Origin: Octopus sinensis
Taxonomy: Eukaryota
Length of the DNA stretch: 64,000 nt
Reading direction: 5' to 3'
Assembly: GCF_006345805.1 (NCBI RefSeq)
Contig: NC_042998.1
Location: 205,530,001 to 205,594,000, forward strand
Made by a program: the position numbers and the translations under genes. The notes beneath the pieces were generated by a model, which worked only from the letters and a program-made list of their open reading frames with translations, had not been told where the DNA came from and did not search any database. Below, one piece after another: positions 1 through 11,731 of this stretch; within the stretch, counting starts at the first letter, position 1; each line of letters starts with the position of its first letter.

Positions 1-261
1 GAATTTTGGATAATGAAAAGGTGTTTATCTTTTCAGAAGATTCTGTTCTTCCTTCTCCTGTTTTTCTCAGCATAAAATATTTGCGATAAACTCCAACGCC
101 ATTTTGCATATCGTAAATAAAATTCCTTTTAACAAACTTAAATGAAATTCAATCTTTACACTTTCCATAAAATGTATGAAACGAGTCATTCCATCTTGTT
201 TATTGATCTTCAAAATACAGGATTGGGTGGTTAGACAGCACAGCTCCCATGACTTTCAGAA

Positions 262-781
262 ACATTATTCAAGAGAATACCGTCCATCAGGCATTTGCCA
301 TATTCTGAACGCCTTACTTCTCTGGGCATGGACACATTGAAACTCCAACGTCTGGCAGCTGACTTACAGATACCCATAAAATTATTAACCATCTTACAAA
401 CAATAACTCTGAGCACCTTTTCAAACTCCACCCGTCTAACACCCGTGGACATGTTTACAAAGTCAGAAAACAGCACAGCTCCCATGACTTTAGGAAACAT
501 TTTTTCACGCTGAGAGTTGCTGAAGCATGGAGCAAACTGCCGGCATCGGTTGTTAGTTGTCGGAGCACTGCATCCTTCAAAACTTCCAAGCTTCCTGAGA
601 TTCGTCAACACTACACCTGGTTTTCTCCCCTCCATACACACGCAAACATGGATCTGACTCATACACTGTTCACTTCCCAGACATTTGTACATTACTGCAT
701 ATGCTTTATACACACTTTTTGACAAGTTGTGGGGCACCTGAGCACTGATACAATAATTTCATTATTATTATTATTATTATT
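262..781 (+). mobile_element. 5'-truncated 3' fragment of CR1-clade LINE (long 3' UTR variant) with (ATT)n tail
   Basis: Encodes RIPSIRHLPYSERLTSLGMDTLKLQRLAADL, near-identical to the ORF2 C-terminus at 25637-28402, then frameshifts. Ends in gcacctgagcactg plus (att)n. Confidence 0.85.
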
Positions 782-1819
782 AAAATCATATAAAGTATCT
801 TGGGTTGAAATTTTAGACATGGGGGGGAATGGTGTTGATCACAGAACTCCTCCATGATGTAAAGCTACACGACAACAACAGCAACAACATACAACAAAAA
901 CTACAAGAATAAAACAACAGTCGCAAAATAAACAAAACCAATGAAAGTCACAAAACAACTTTGTTGGATGATATCAAAGGAAACAAAACTAGGAAAGTAG
1001 CAAGGAAAAGGTAGAGGTGATTAGATGGCTTTAATGCATGACTAGAGAAGGGTTGCGAATCTCCCCAGGTAGGAAAGACGAGAAGAAAGTAGAGCGAAGT
1101 GGATAAATTCACTAAAATATTTCAACATTAGCCACAATCCGTTCAACAGAGCAAAGTCCGGGATTCACTTGAACTGAAGGGGAATTAACTCTGTATGGCT
1201 TAACTGTTTCTAGAGTTACTTCCCATGTACAACAAATTATGGCTTGCGCGAGAACCTCTTCTGTTGGGTTTTAAACTTAACTTCGTAACATTCATTGGTG
1301 TGGCCATGCTGGGGCTCTGCTTCGAAAGGTTTCGTCGAAAAATCGCTCCGGTACATATTTTTAAAAAATGTCTAGGATGGCACTGCATAATACCAAAGAT
1401 CCTTTCTTCTTCATTTCAAACAGGTCCCAGTATTTCAACAGCTTGGGTTTCAGGGGACAACAACCTTCAAAAAACACATGGACAAATTTCTATCTGAAAT
1501 CGCAGATGAGCCCACATTTGCACAGGGGGCACAAACAAGAGCAGCCCCTTCTAACTCGCTTCTTCACCAAAAACTGTACAGAAAAGAGACCCCAAAACAC
1601 TGAAAGACAGTGCTCCAGTATGGCCCCAGATTCTAGCTGAAACCGGTAAAAGAATACCTGTTCTACAAGATATTTTTGTCAAACTACTAAATCATGAGGA
1701 TGTAAACAAACCAACACCGGTTGTCAAGTGGTAGGTGGGGACAATATAAATATCAATACAAAGACATACATGCATGCATATACATCCTTACATTCCTTAC
1801 AAAGAAACATATATGTATG

Positions 1820-1878
<59 letters not shown>

Positions 1879-2046
1879 TACTAATTTATTGAAAAAATAA
1901 ATAACTAAACGAGTGGAAATTGAATTGTTGAGTTTGTTAATTAATTAGGCATTAAAACAGAATGACTCTCTCCAGATACAATAAAATATGCTTCAACACA
2001 CGAATTCACATAAAGAATCTTGCATCTTGCAAGCCAAATACAAAAG

Positions 2047-2465
<419 letters not shown>

Positions 2466-3186
2466 TAGAAAATAAAAGAATAAACGTATTCTATGTGTAG
2501 GCATGGCTGTGTGGCTGTGTGGTAATAAGCTTGCTGGCCAACCACATGATCCCTGATTCAGTCCCACTGCATGGCACCTTGGACAGCCAATGCTTTGTGA
2601 GTAGATTTGGTAGAAAGAAACTGAAAGAAGCCTGTCTTGTGTGTGTGTGTGTGTGTCACATCTGAGTCGTGCCAATGGTTTACAAAGAAGCCTGCAAATG
2701 CACAAGGTATCTGTGCTGGTGACACATAAAAGAACTGTTTGGGGAATAGAGCTGAGGCTTTGACTTCCATAGAACAAGCAGATGAGATTTGAAGACATCT
2801 TTCATTATTGACAGAGTGTCACAGAATATGATAAAAGGAAAATCAAGGAATGGTTTAGTGCTCTGGCATGTAAAATGGCCAAATCCAGCCCAAATATTTT
2901 ATACCTGTTCAACCAGTCAGATCTGACTTCTCACACTTACCCTACAATGTCATTCTAAAAACAAACAATCACATCAATGACATCTCAAAGCTACCGGATA
3001 ACACATGATTAATTGAAAATAATGTGAATAAATAAAACAATATATTTGACCAGTTTGTTCTAAAGAGTTAAGTTTCAAGTCTCCAGTGGCTGTTGCTCAC
3101 CATGACAAAGTAAGACGATATTTTATTGTCTTATATCCTGACTCATCTCTTTCTTCTCCTTTTAGCCAGTAATCTCATATGTTTAA

Positions 3187-3407
3187 CCCTTTCGTTACCA
3201 ACCTGGCTGAAACCGGCTTTGGTTCTGAGTACAAATGTCTTGTTTTCATAAGTTTTGAATTAAAATCTTCCACCAAACCTTAGTCACTATTTATGTTCCT
3301 AACACTGAGCTGAATGATAACGAAGTTATTTTAATAAATTCTTTGTTATATTTAAAGTAATTGAAAGAAACACAGAGCATCTCAACAGAAATACGGTAAT
3401 GAAAGGG
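3187..3407. mobile_element. piggyBac-type MITE
   Basis: TTAA target duplication at 3183-3186 and 3408-3411. Terminal inverted repeats CCCTTTCGTTACC / GGTAATGAAAGGG match at 12 of 13 positions. No ORF. Confidence 0.85.
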
Positions 3408-3724
3408 TTAAGCTAGATTTGTGAATATTTACAGATTTCTATAAAAGCCTTCAACTGAGTGGGAAGTTGCAATGCAGCTTTGGTGTCAACACTCACGGAC
3501 ATGGAGATCCAAGTGTTTTTTTTAAATTTCCAGCCACTCCTCAGACTTTCTCACCTTCCTCTGCTTTTAACTCTTTCAATTAATTGAACACCTTTTGCTA
3601 AGCAACAACCTGTGGAACCAGTCACAACTCAACCACTTTCAATTTCTTCCCCATTTTTAATGATTTTATTCCATCTCCGTCTCCAGCCTTTTCTTACCAT
3701 ATTTCTCTTGAACAACACTCTTTT

Positions 3725-4140
3725 ACTCTTTTTACTCTTTTACTTGTTTCAGTCATTTGACTGTGGCCATGCTGGAGCACCACCTTTAGTCGAGCAAATC
3801 GACCCCGGGACTTATTCTTTGTAAGCCCAGTACTTATTCTATCAGTCTCTTTTGCCGAACCGCTAAGTTACGGGGACGTAAACACACCAGCATCGGTTGT
3901 CAAGCAATGCTAGGGGGACAGACATAGACACACAAACACGAACACACACACTTATATATATATATATACATATATATATGACAGGCTTCTTTCAGTTTCC
4001 GTCTACCAAATCCACTCACAAGGCATTGGTTGGCCCGGGGCTATAGCAGAAGACACTTGCCCAAGATGCCACGCAGTGGGACTGAACCCGGAACCATGTG
4101 GTTGGTTAGCAAGCTACTTACCACACAGCCACTCCTGTGC
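3725..4140 (-). mobile_element. Full-length tRNA-derived SINE family A
   Basis: Reverse complement of the copy at 31128-31520: tRNA-like head, central (TA/CA)n, tail ...cagtcaaatgactgaaacaagtaaaagagtaaaagag. Confidence 0.85.
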
Positions 4141-4460
4141 TAATTTTGAAAATAATAAAGAATTCACTGAAATATCCTGGTCATTACTAAACTGGTAATT
4201 GGGACATAAATTAAAATGGCATTTCAATGAGAAATTTTAATTTTGGTCATTTTTATTGTATGTATCTAGAAGTGTGTCAAAGGTTAAATAAGAAATGTTA
4301 TGCTTGCCCAAATGTTACATGGCAAATTTTTATTTTGTCAAATTGTTTCATTAGGATTCTTAAAGTTGATAATTCAAGCCAAAATGATTCCATATTTTTC
4401 CTCCTCTTTTTTTTTTGTTCTTTTCTATTTTTAAATGATTTTTGCTGTTATGTATGTATG

Positions 4461-4491
<31 letters not shown>

Positions 4492-4552
4492 CTATGCATG
4501 TATGGGATGTATGTATGTATGTATGTATGAGATGTAGTTAACCCAGACAAAT

Positions 4553-4798
4553 TCACATTTGCAACTTGAGAAAAGTCTTGCATATTTTTATTGTTCCACT
4601 CGCAGATTGCACTTGTAATGTACGAAACGGCCGGTCAGTTTCTCTTTCTGAAAATCCCAGTTTATCCAGATTCTCCTTTAAGCATTTACTAACAAAACCT
4701 AGTGCTCCAATTATTATTGGTATGAATATGAATTCGTAGTCTGGATATAGAAACTGGAGGTTCCAAAGCAGTTGTCCATTGATATCCTTTTCTTTGAC
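4553..4798 (-). mobile_element. C-terminal fragment of an RLE-type (R2/R4-like) non-LTR retrotransposon
   Basis: Hand translation gives VKEKDINGQLLWNLQFLYPDYEFIFIPIIIGALGFVSKCLKENLDKLGF...KICKTFLKLQM*. The KEK...PIIIGALG pattern is typical of restriction-like endonuclease C-termini. Runs into a (TACA)n tract at 4448-4530. Confidence 0.7.
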
Positions 4799-5488
4799 GT
4801 ATGTATGAGAGAAAGAAAGAGAGAACGTCTTGGCTGGTACTAATGATGTTTCTGTTGCAATCAGAAGCCATCAGTAGACTCTCAACCTACAAGAAATAGC
4901 AGCCACATTGTTATTAAACCACATTTTACTGTCTTGTGTGAGTAGGCTCCTGTGCCTGGTGCTTGATCGGGTGGTAGGTCCCTGCTGGTAGAATGGTGCC
5001 CAGTTTTGTCTCAGAAGAGAATGTGTGGTGTTAAACGGGGGGGGGGGGGACATTCTACAACAAGAATTTTTTCCTTTCCTCCTCCTCTGCATCCCCCCCA
5101 CCAACTCCGATAGTTTTTGTTACCCCAAGACAAGGACATGTGACAAGCGTAGACTGGGAAAGAGCCACTAACCACGGGGTTGTGAAGTGAACTTCTTAAG
5201 CAAGCAACAATACACCAGCTTATGTATACAAACAGATGGGATGGTCATGGCTGGGATGTACGATTTATAAATAAAATCTGATACAGGTCTTGACAGCAGG
5301 ATAAGACATGTTACGAAAGTCTCTGTAGACACGTGTGTGATAGACAGACAGACAGACACCAACAATTGTTTCAAACATTCTTCATCTTATTCCCCAGGTT
5401 GTTGACACCTGGGACAGGTGTATGTGTGTCAGATACGAATAAATTATTTCTGACATTCTTTGCTCAGTAACAGGTTGTTGACACCTGT

Positions 5489-5524
<36 letters not shown>

Positions 5525-5831
5525 GCACGTGGCCCAGTGGTTCAGGCACTGTACTCACAATCGTTAGAGCATTGGTTCGATTACCAGATCGGGCAGCATG
5601 TTATCTTGAGCAAGTCACTTCATTCCATGTTGCTCTGCAATCCCTCTGACACCTGAATGAGTGGCACACCTGGGCACCTTTTTAGGCAATGTCGATGGAG
5701 AAAGAGCGAGCGCAGCAAAAGCATTTGATCAGAAATCATTCAGCAGAAACTCAACACTTATATGTTGTCTTCGACAGGAGATTTCATCGTGCTCATATAT
5801 ACACACACACGCACACCTATATATATATACA

Positions 5832-5995
5832 TGTAGCTGAAATTTATAGAAAAACAAAAGACGAAGACAGGTGTTCGAACAACAAACAGGTGTATTAGTT
5901 TGGCAATTGGGAAAATGGAAAAGTCTTTTATATTTCAAGCCTATGCTCTTCAACAGAAAGGAATCAGAGAAAATAAAAAAATTAAAAAAAGAGAA
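5832..5995 (-). repeat. Dispersed repeat, probably Penelope-like terminal repeat with degenerate hammerhead motif
   Basis: Same sequence recurs at 63897-64000 (aaaagacgaagacaggtg...aaagtctttta). Minus strand reads ttgaaga-gcataggctt-gaaa-tata-aaagac. Confidence 0.5.
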
Positions 5996-6611
5996 TGAAA
6001 AAGCTTGTAGATTTAGCAGGAAAGCATGGCGAAAAATGTGTGTGGTGTATATATATATATATATGTAGGTATGTAGTATGTATGTATGCATATATGTATG
6101 CAAAACACACATACATACATACACACATACATACATACATACAGTCTGCTAAAATGAATTCACAAACACACATGTAGCATGTAAAGGTACATCTTTTTTT
6201 TTTCCTCTGATGATATCATGCTCATGTCACATAAATGTAAATTTAACGTTTATTGAGGATTAATAGAAACGGTTGTAAGTGAAGAGGACCAATTTGTTGT
6301 TAATAATAAACAATTATTAACTTCCCAATCTCCATTTTCTTCTTATAAATGAATATTTACAATATATTTTTACTGTGTCTGGGGAGAAGTCATTCTCATT
6401 TGGTGCCTTATATTCAGTTTTATTTCAAGATTTCTTGCCAATAGAGAAAGAGCCAGTTTCTAACCTTGATCTAAGGTTCTTTCAAAAACGAAATATATGT
6501 TTTTATGTATACACCTATTATTTTCAGGAAATCAATTCCCCCCAAAATACCAGGTATTGAACCAGTATTTCCTTGGATGAAACCATCCCTTCATGAGGTT
6601 AACACAACCTC

Positions 6612-6652
<41 letters not shown>

Positions 6653-6653
<1 letters not shown>

Positions 6654-7045
6654 TCTTTGACTTGTTTCAGTCATTTGACTGCAGCCATGCTGGAGTACCG
6701 CCTTTAGTCGAGCAAATCGACCCCGGAACTTATTCTTTGTAAGCCCAGTACTTATTCTATTGGTCTCTTTTGCCGAACCGCTAAGGGACGGGGACGTAAA
6801 CACACCAGCATCGGTTGTCAAGCAATGCTAGGGGGACAAACACAGACACACAAACACACACATATATATATATATATATATACATATATACGACAGGCTT
6901 CTTTCAGTTTCCGTCTACCAAATCCACTCACAAGGCATTGGTTGGCCCAGGGCTATAGCAGAAGACACTTGCCCAAGATGCCACGCAGTGGGACTGAACC
7001 CAGAACCATGTGGTTGGTAAGCAAGCTACTTATCACACAGCCAAT
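6653..7045 (-). mobile_element. Full-length tRNA-derived SINE family A
   Basis: Near-identical to 3725-4140. Confidence 0.85.
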
Positions 7046-7393
7046 ATATATATATTCTAAGTTTCAGTCCCAGGATGCCACCATGCTGGGGCACCACCAT
7101 TCACTTTGCTACACTTTCATAAAACCTCCTTTGAGGGATAAGAGAGTTTGCTGTTGCTGCCCTCACCTGTGTTGCTTGCCTCGGGGTAGGGCCATCCAGA
7201 ACTCTTCACTGAAGGAGATCCAGTTTTGTTTTGAAAAAGTCTACATCTACTTCATGCAGGTCCCTCAGGCTTTGAGGGAGGATATGGAAGAGCTGTGGGC
7301 CTTTGAGGCCCAAGCTGTTGCAGGATTTGCTTCTGTATCTTGATGGCAGTGCCGGGGCTTTTGATACTATATATACATATACATACATATGTG

Positions 7394-7427
<34 letters not shown>

Positions 7428-7558
7428 ATATCATTATGGATTCTCCCATCGTTAGATGACATGTAAGAGTTCACACACACACACACATACATATATAAAT
7501 TTATATACATATATATTTATATTTATATACATATATATACATATATATATATATATAC

Positions 7559-7713
<155 letters not shown>

Positions 7714-7717
7714 CTGC

Positions 7718-7769
<52 letters not shown>

Positions 7770-7771
<2 letters not shown>

Positions 7772-7928
7772 TGGTTGGCATTAGGAAGGCCATCCAGCTG
7801 TAGAAACATTGCCAGATCAGATTGGAGCCTGGTGCAGCCTCCTGGCCTCCCAGACCCCAGTCGAACCATCCAACCCATGCTAGCCTGGAAAATGGACGTT
7901 AAACGATGATGATGATGGTGATGATGAT
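7770..7928 (+). mobile_element. RTE-family 3' terminal repeat with (GAT)n tail
   Basis: gtggttggcattaggaaggccatccagctgtagaaac...ggacgttaaacgatgatgatg. Related copies at about 20500-20785, 24350-24690, 30790-31030(-), 32645-33030, 35085-35250(-), 45130-45525, 49640-49760, 51110-51290(-), 51770-51960, 52610-52990(-), 54200-54305, 62950-63250. Confidence 0.8.
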
Positions 7929-8359
7929 ATATATCATATGTATATATATATATATACACATATATATATCACGGTATCGATCAGACTATCGATGATATAT
8001 TTCTGGTCACAGTGTGCTTTGCCTTGTTTTAGCTTTCGAATGATGCCACCTCGCTGATGAGGCAAGCAGGCTGAAACCCTCCCCCTGATCGGAAGGCTAC
8101 TCTGTCGTAGGGTTATCCATTTACAGCTGAGTGGACTGGGGCAACATGAAATGAAGAGTTTTGTTCAAGAACACAACACACAGCCTGGTCCAGAAATTGA
8201 AACCACAATCTCACAATCATCAGTGTAACACACCTAAGCACTAGGCCGAAACGCCTTCACACAAGCACACACATACACATGCATGCATGTACGCACACAC
8301 ACACACACACACACAATCTGTGTTTTGTGAGACAAACTTTGGGAATGATTTATATTCCC

Positions 8360-8393
<34 letters not shown>

Positions 8394-9792
8394 GCTAGGC
8401 AATTGTGGAGTTTTTATGTGTTGCTAATAAATTCGCATCGAGACTTACTGGCTGCAGGTTCAATTTCATTGTACTGCAGCATCCTGGGACAGGTGGCCTT
8501 CACTACAACTTTAGTTGAACCAAAGAGAAATTTGGTTGGTGGAATCTTTGAGAAAGCCCCTTAAGGGTTTGTAGATGTGTGGTAGAGTTTAATCAGGTAA
8601 ACACTACAGCCTTCAGCTTCCTATTAGTAACTTTTATAGGGTCCATTCTGTTGCAACGGTTTAAGTTGGGTCTTTTATCCCAAAATAACTTTCTTCTGTA
8701 GATGGCTGTCTTTGGATGCTCCCGATTCCTCTACGAGGGTAACAGGGTGCTTCACCCCCACTTAACTTGCATTAGTACGTGACCTAAATACTTTCCTCTC
8801 TGTACTTTTAAAAGATCTTTAATTATTCTCGATTTTTATTCCGCTCTCTTTATTCTGAGTCATTTTTGTTTCACAACTTTTCTATACATTTTGAAACCCT
8901 ACCCCACATTACTCTACAATCTCACTGAGCCTCCCTTCACTCTTTTTTACGTAACCCGTCGCCCCAACCCTAACCTCTTTGCGAACACTATTTGAATGTT
9001 TTGCATTTTCCATGCCTGAATAAATTGTACGAAATTACCGTCAGAGGCTAAACAAAAGAGTTGCCAAGAGTCAACATTACCTTTCATCATTTGGAAATCG
9101 ATAAAATAGATCCCAATTAAGCAATCGGTGTAATTGACCCTTCCCCTCCTCCTCCACAATTTCAAGTTCGTGCCTATAGTTGATAGAGTTATTATTAATG
9201 TTGTTATTCTTCTCCAATACAGATCTTTTACGGTCAAGTTGTGAGTAAATGTACCTAAACTCCTGCTCGCAGATCAGAAACACAATACCTCCATCAGCTC
9301 ATGAGCTGTTCCAAGCAACACAGCCATTTGTGCATTTGTCAATATATCTGGTCAGTGGCAGCTCATGTGTGTGGAAGATCGAATTTTTGCAGAGTTCCCA
9401 GTACAACCTAAGAGCGACCTTGTCAGGTCAACGTCTCTTTTGTGCTACTTGTGGGCAGCAATTGGTAACGTGCACAATGGTGATCCTCTGATGTGTGATC
9501 AATAGTGTACTTATGATTATTATTATTATCATTATTGAGTGAGAGAGCAGTGCATGCCATCAAAGTGACACTGGAGTACAAATATATGAAGGCCAATATA
9601 GCCATCATGACTACCCGCCTGATTAGGGTACACTAGGCACATGCATCACAACCATATGTGCACAACATGGTGATCACATATCAAGATAAACAGCGCATGA
9701 CCTTGAAGGTGGGGCCTAGTTAGAATTTTCTTCAGGTCAAGTAGCCCATCCCACTCAAAAGGTCCCTGAATAAGGGTTGTTTAAGGATCTCG

Positions 9793-10950
9793 AGGTGCAG
9801 GAGTGGCTGTGTGGTAAGTAGCTTGTTTACCAACCACATGGTTCCGGGTTCAGTCCCACTGCGTGGCACCTTGGGTAAGTGTCTTCTACTATAGCCTCGG
9901 GCTAACCAATGCCTTGTGAGTGGATTTGGTAGACGGAAACTGAAAGAAGCCCATCGTATATATAAAAAAAAATAATAAAGAAATTATTGTATACAGTGCT
10001 CAGGTGCACCACAACTTGTCAGAAAGTGCGTATAAAGTACATGCAGTAATGTACAAATGTCTGGAAAGTGAACAGTGTATGAGTCAGATACAAGCTTGTG
10101 TGTGTATGGAGGGGAGAAAATCAAGTGTAGTGTTGGCGAATCTCAGGAAGCATGGAAGTTTTGAAGGATGCAGTGCTCTGACAACTAACAACCGATGCCG
10201 GCAGTTTGTTCCATGCTTTAGCAACTCTCAGCGTGAAAAAATGTTTCCTGAAGTCATGGGAGCTGTGCTGTTTTCTTACTTTGTAAATATGTCCACGGGT
10301 GTTAGATGGGTGGAGTTTGGAGAGGTGCTCAGAGTTATTGTTTGTGCGATGGTTGATAATTTTATGGGTGTCTGCCAAGTCAGCTGCCAGACGTCGGAGC
10401 TTCAATGTGTCCATGCCCAGGGAAGCAAGGCGTTCAGGATATGGCAAATGCCTGATGGAGGGTATTCTTTTGGTTGCACGTCGCTGAACAGCTTCTAGAC
10501 AATTGATGTCCTGGGCAAGATAGGGGTTCCAGACCGGTGATGCAAATTCCAGGTGAGGTCTTAACATAGCTATATAAAGCCGCAGATAGATAGCCGGAGA
10601 GCGGCTCACAAAGGATTTGGTGAGTGATGCCAAGACACCCTCAGCCTTCTTGACAATTTTAGCGATGTGTTTCGTCCAACGCAAATCACTGTCGACAATA
10701 ACACCCAGGTCACGTTCACTTGAAGACATGTATGTGTATGTGTGTGAGTTTGTGTGTCTGTGTTTGTCCCCCTAGCATTGCTTGACAACCGATGCTGGTG
10801 TGTTTATGTCCCCGTCACTTAGCAGTTCAGTAAAAGAGACCAATAGAATAAGTACTGGGCTTAATAAGTCCCGGGGTCGATTTACTCGACTAAAGGCGGT
10901 GATCCAGCATGGCCACAGTCAAATGACTGAAACAAGTAAATGAGTAAAAA
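9793..10950 (+). mobile_element. SINE family A split by a CR1 insertion
   Basis: Head at 9793-9960 and tail at 10730-10950 match the intact copy at 31128-31520. Confidence 0.85.
9970..10726 (-). mobile_element. 5'-truncated CR1-clade LINE 3' fragment, open over about 200 codons
   Basis: ORF 10121-10729(-) SSERDLGVIVDSDLRWTKHI...RKHFFTLRVAKAWNKLP is closely similar to the ORF2 C-terminus of the long element. Confidence 0.9.
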
Positions 10951-11669
10951 CACCCATGTTTCCAGAGGTGAATTATTCAAACCCCAAAGAATCCCTCTCA
11001 ACACATAGCTATAACATCCCCACCACTACTTCTGCTCGTGGTCAGAGATGCACATATCGTCAGCCACCAAGGGACATGGTCAACTGATTAAGGTCAACCA
11101 ACTGATCAGCAAATCTGGGGTATTGAGCAGAATATTTAATTAACTCATCTTTTACACCAAAGCAAAAATGTACATGATAACACTTCCAATTAGTAAAGAT
11201 CAGAAGCCATGAGAGCCAGTGCCTGGTATTGCATCAGGATATTGTGCTGTCCATAACGATTTTCTTAATGCAAACCTTTGTGGCTAATAAAGAAATTATT
11301 ATTGTTATTATTATTACTATTTTCATTAGCATCTTCTCTCAATTCTTTTTCCATTTCTTGCCAAGTGTCTTCCTGATACCTAGGGCATAGAAATGTACTG
11401 AAATTAGTAGGCCATTAAAACAAGCACACCAGTTTGTTCATTTACAGAGTCATGTGAGAGAGAAAAAGGGGAAGACAGAGAGAGAAAAAGGAAAAAATTA
11501 AAAACTAGAAGAGTAAACAAACAGGTGGCTGTGTGGTAAGTAGCTTGCTTACCTACCACATGGTTCCGGGTTCAATCCCACTTTGTGGCACCTTGGCCAA
11601 GTGTCTTCTCTTATAGCCTCGGACCAATCAAAGCCTTGTGAGGGATTTGGTAGACGGAAACTGAAAGGA

Positions 11670-11723
<54 letters not shown>

Positions 11724-11731
11724 TATATATA

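Larger units (their letters stand above)
9530..11240. mobile_element. Non-coding dispersed element family C, interrupted at about 9790-10950 by nested insertions
   Basis: 9530-9789 and 10950-11240 are contiguous in the uninterrupted copies at 39700-40098 and 61838-62342 (opposite orientation). Confidence 0.8.

Noticed and set aside
231-737. 168-aa minus-strand ORF and its 164-aa counterpart at 10004-10498
   Set aside because: Antisense to the CR1 3' end; the similarity reflects the shared repeat, and the frame is broken in the long copy.
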